Assembly (NCBI RefSeq): GCF_001194135.2
Contig: NC_069006.1
Location: 3,727,155 to 3,791,154 of the forward strand
Source of the DNA: Octopus bimaculoides
Lineage: Eukaryota
DNA length: 64,000 bases
Direction: 5' to 3'
Shown: positions 63,804 to 64,000 of the stretch, in pieces
How positions within the stretch are numbered: position 1 is the first letter of the stretch
How the letters are laid out: each line of letters opens with the position of its first letter
Made by a program: the position numbers and the translations under genes
Notes under the pieces: model-generated
The model's database searches: none
The model's input: only the letters and a program-made list of their open reading frames with translations
What the model was told of the DNA's origin: nothing

Positions 63804-64000
63804 AACACAGGCACCAATAAAACAAGCTTTCTCTAGCAACTGGAGTACTTGGTTGCAAGCACAACTTGCCAAGGACTTACTGCACACACATACACACTTT
63901 CTTTATCTCACATTAAGAGGCAAAAAGTACAATTTCTTCAACTCACTCACATCACATCCTAATCTGAACAACATGGGTGTTATTTCAGTACAAAAGTGTT

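Overview
AT-rich, microsatellite- and transposon-dense animal DNA with ten N-gaps. The SINE types suggest an octopus or other coleoid genome (inference). The only host coding sequence I can support is one 282-nt minus-strand exon (50526-50807). It encodes most of the N-terminal RRM of a Split-ends/SPEN (SHARP/MINT) orthologue. I found neither exon 1 nor the next coding exon, so the window appears to be almost entirely two very large spen introns (>13 kb upstream, >50 kb downstream). The introns hold RTE LINE fragments, a Gypsy pol remnant, mariner (D34D) and maT-like transposase pseudogenes, two piggyBac-like TTAA MITE families, hAT and Tc2/pogo-like MITEs, dozens of modular tRNA-derived SINEs and degenerate minisatellites. 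The best leads are (1) co-oriented exon-like segments with canonical splice sites just downstream of the spen exon, in a TE-free island, most of which would introduce stops (possible poison-exon or short-isoform control); (2) a ~290-bp palindrome split by a mariner insertion; (3) a piggyBac-like MITE whose master looks like a self-nested dimer; and (4) head-to-tail SINE arrays. I found no clearly novel multi-gene system. All homology calls are from recall and manual translation, not database searches.
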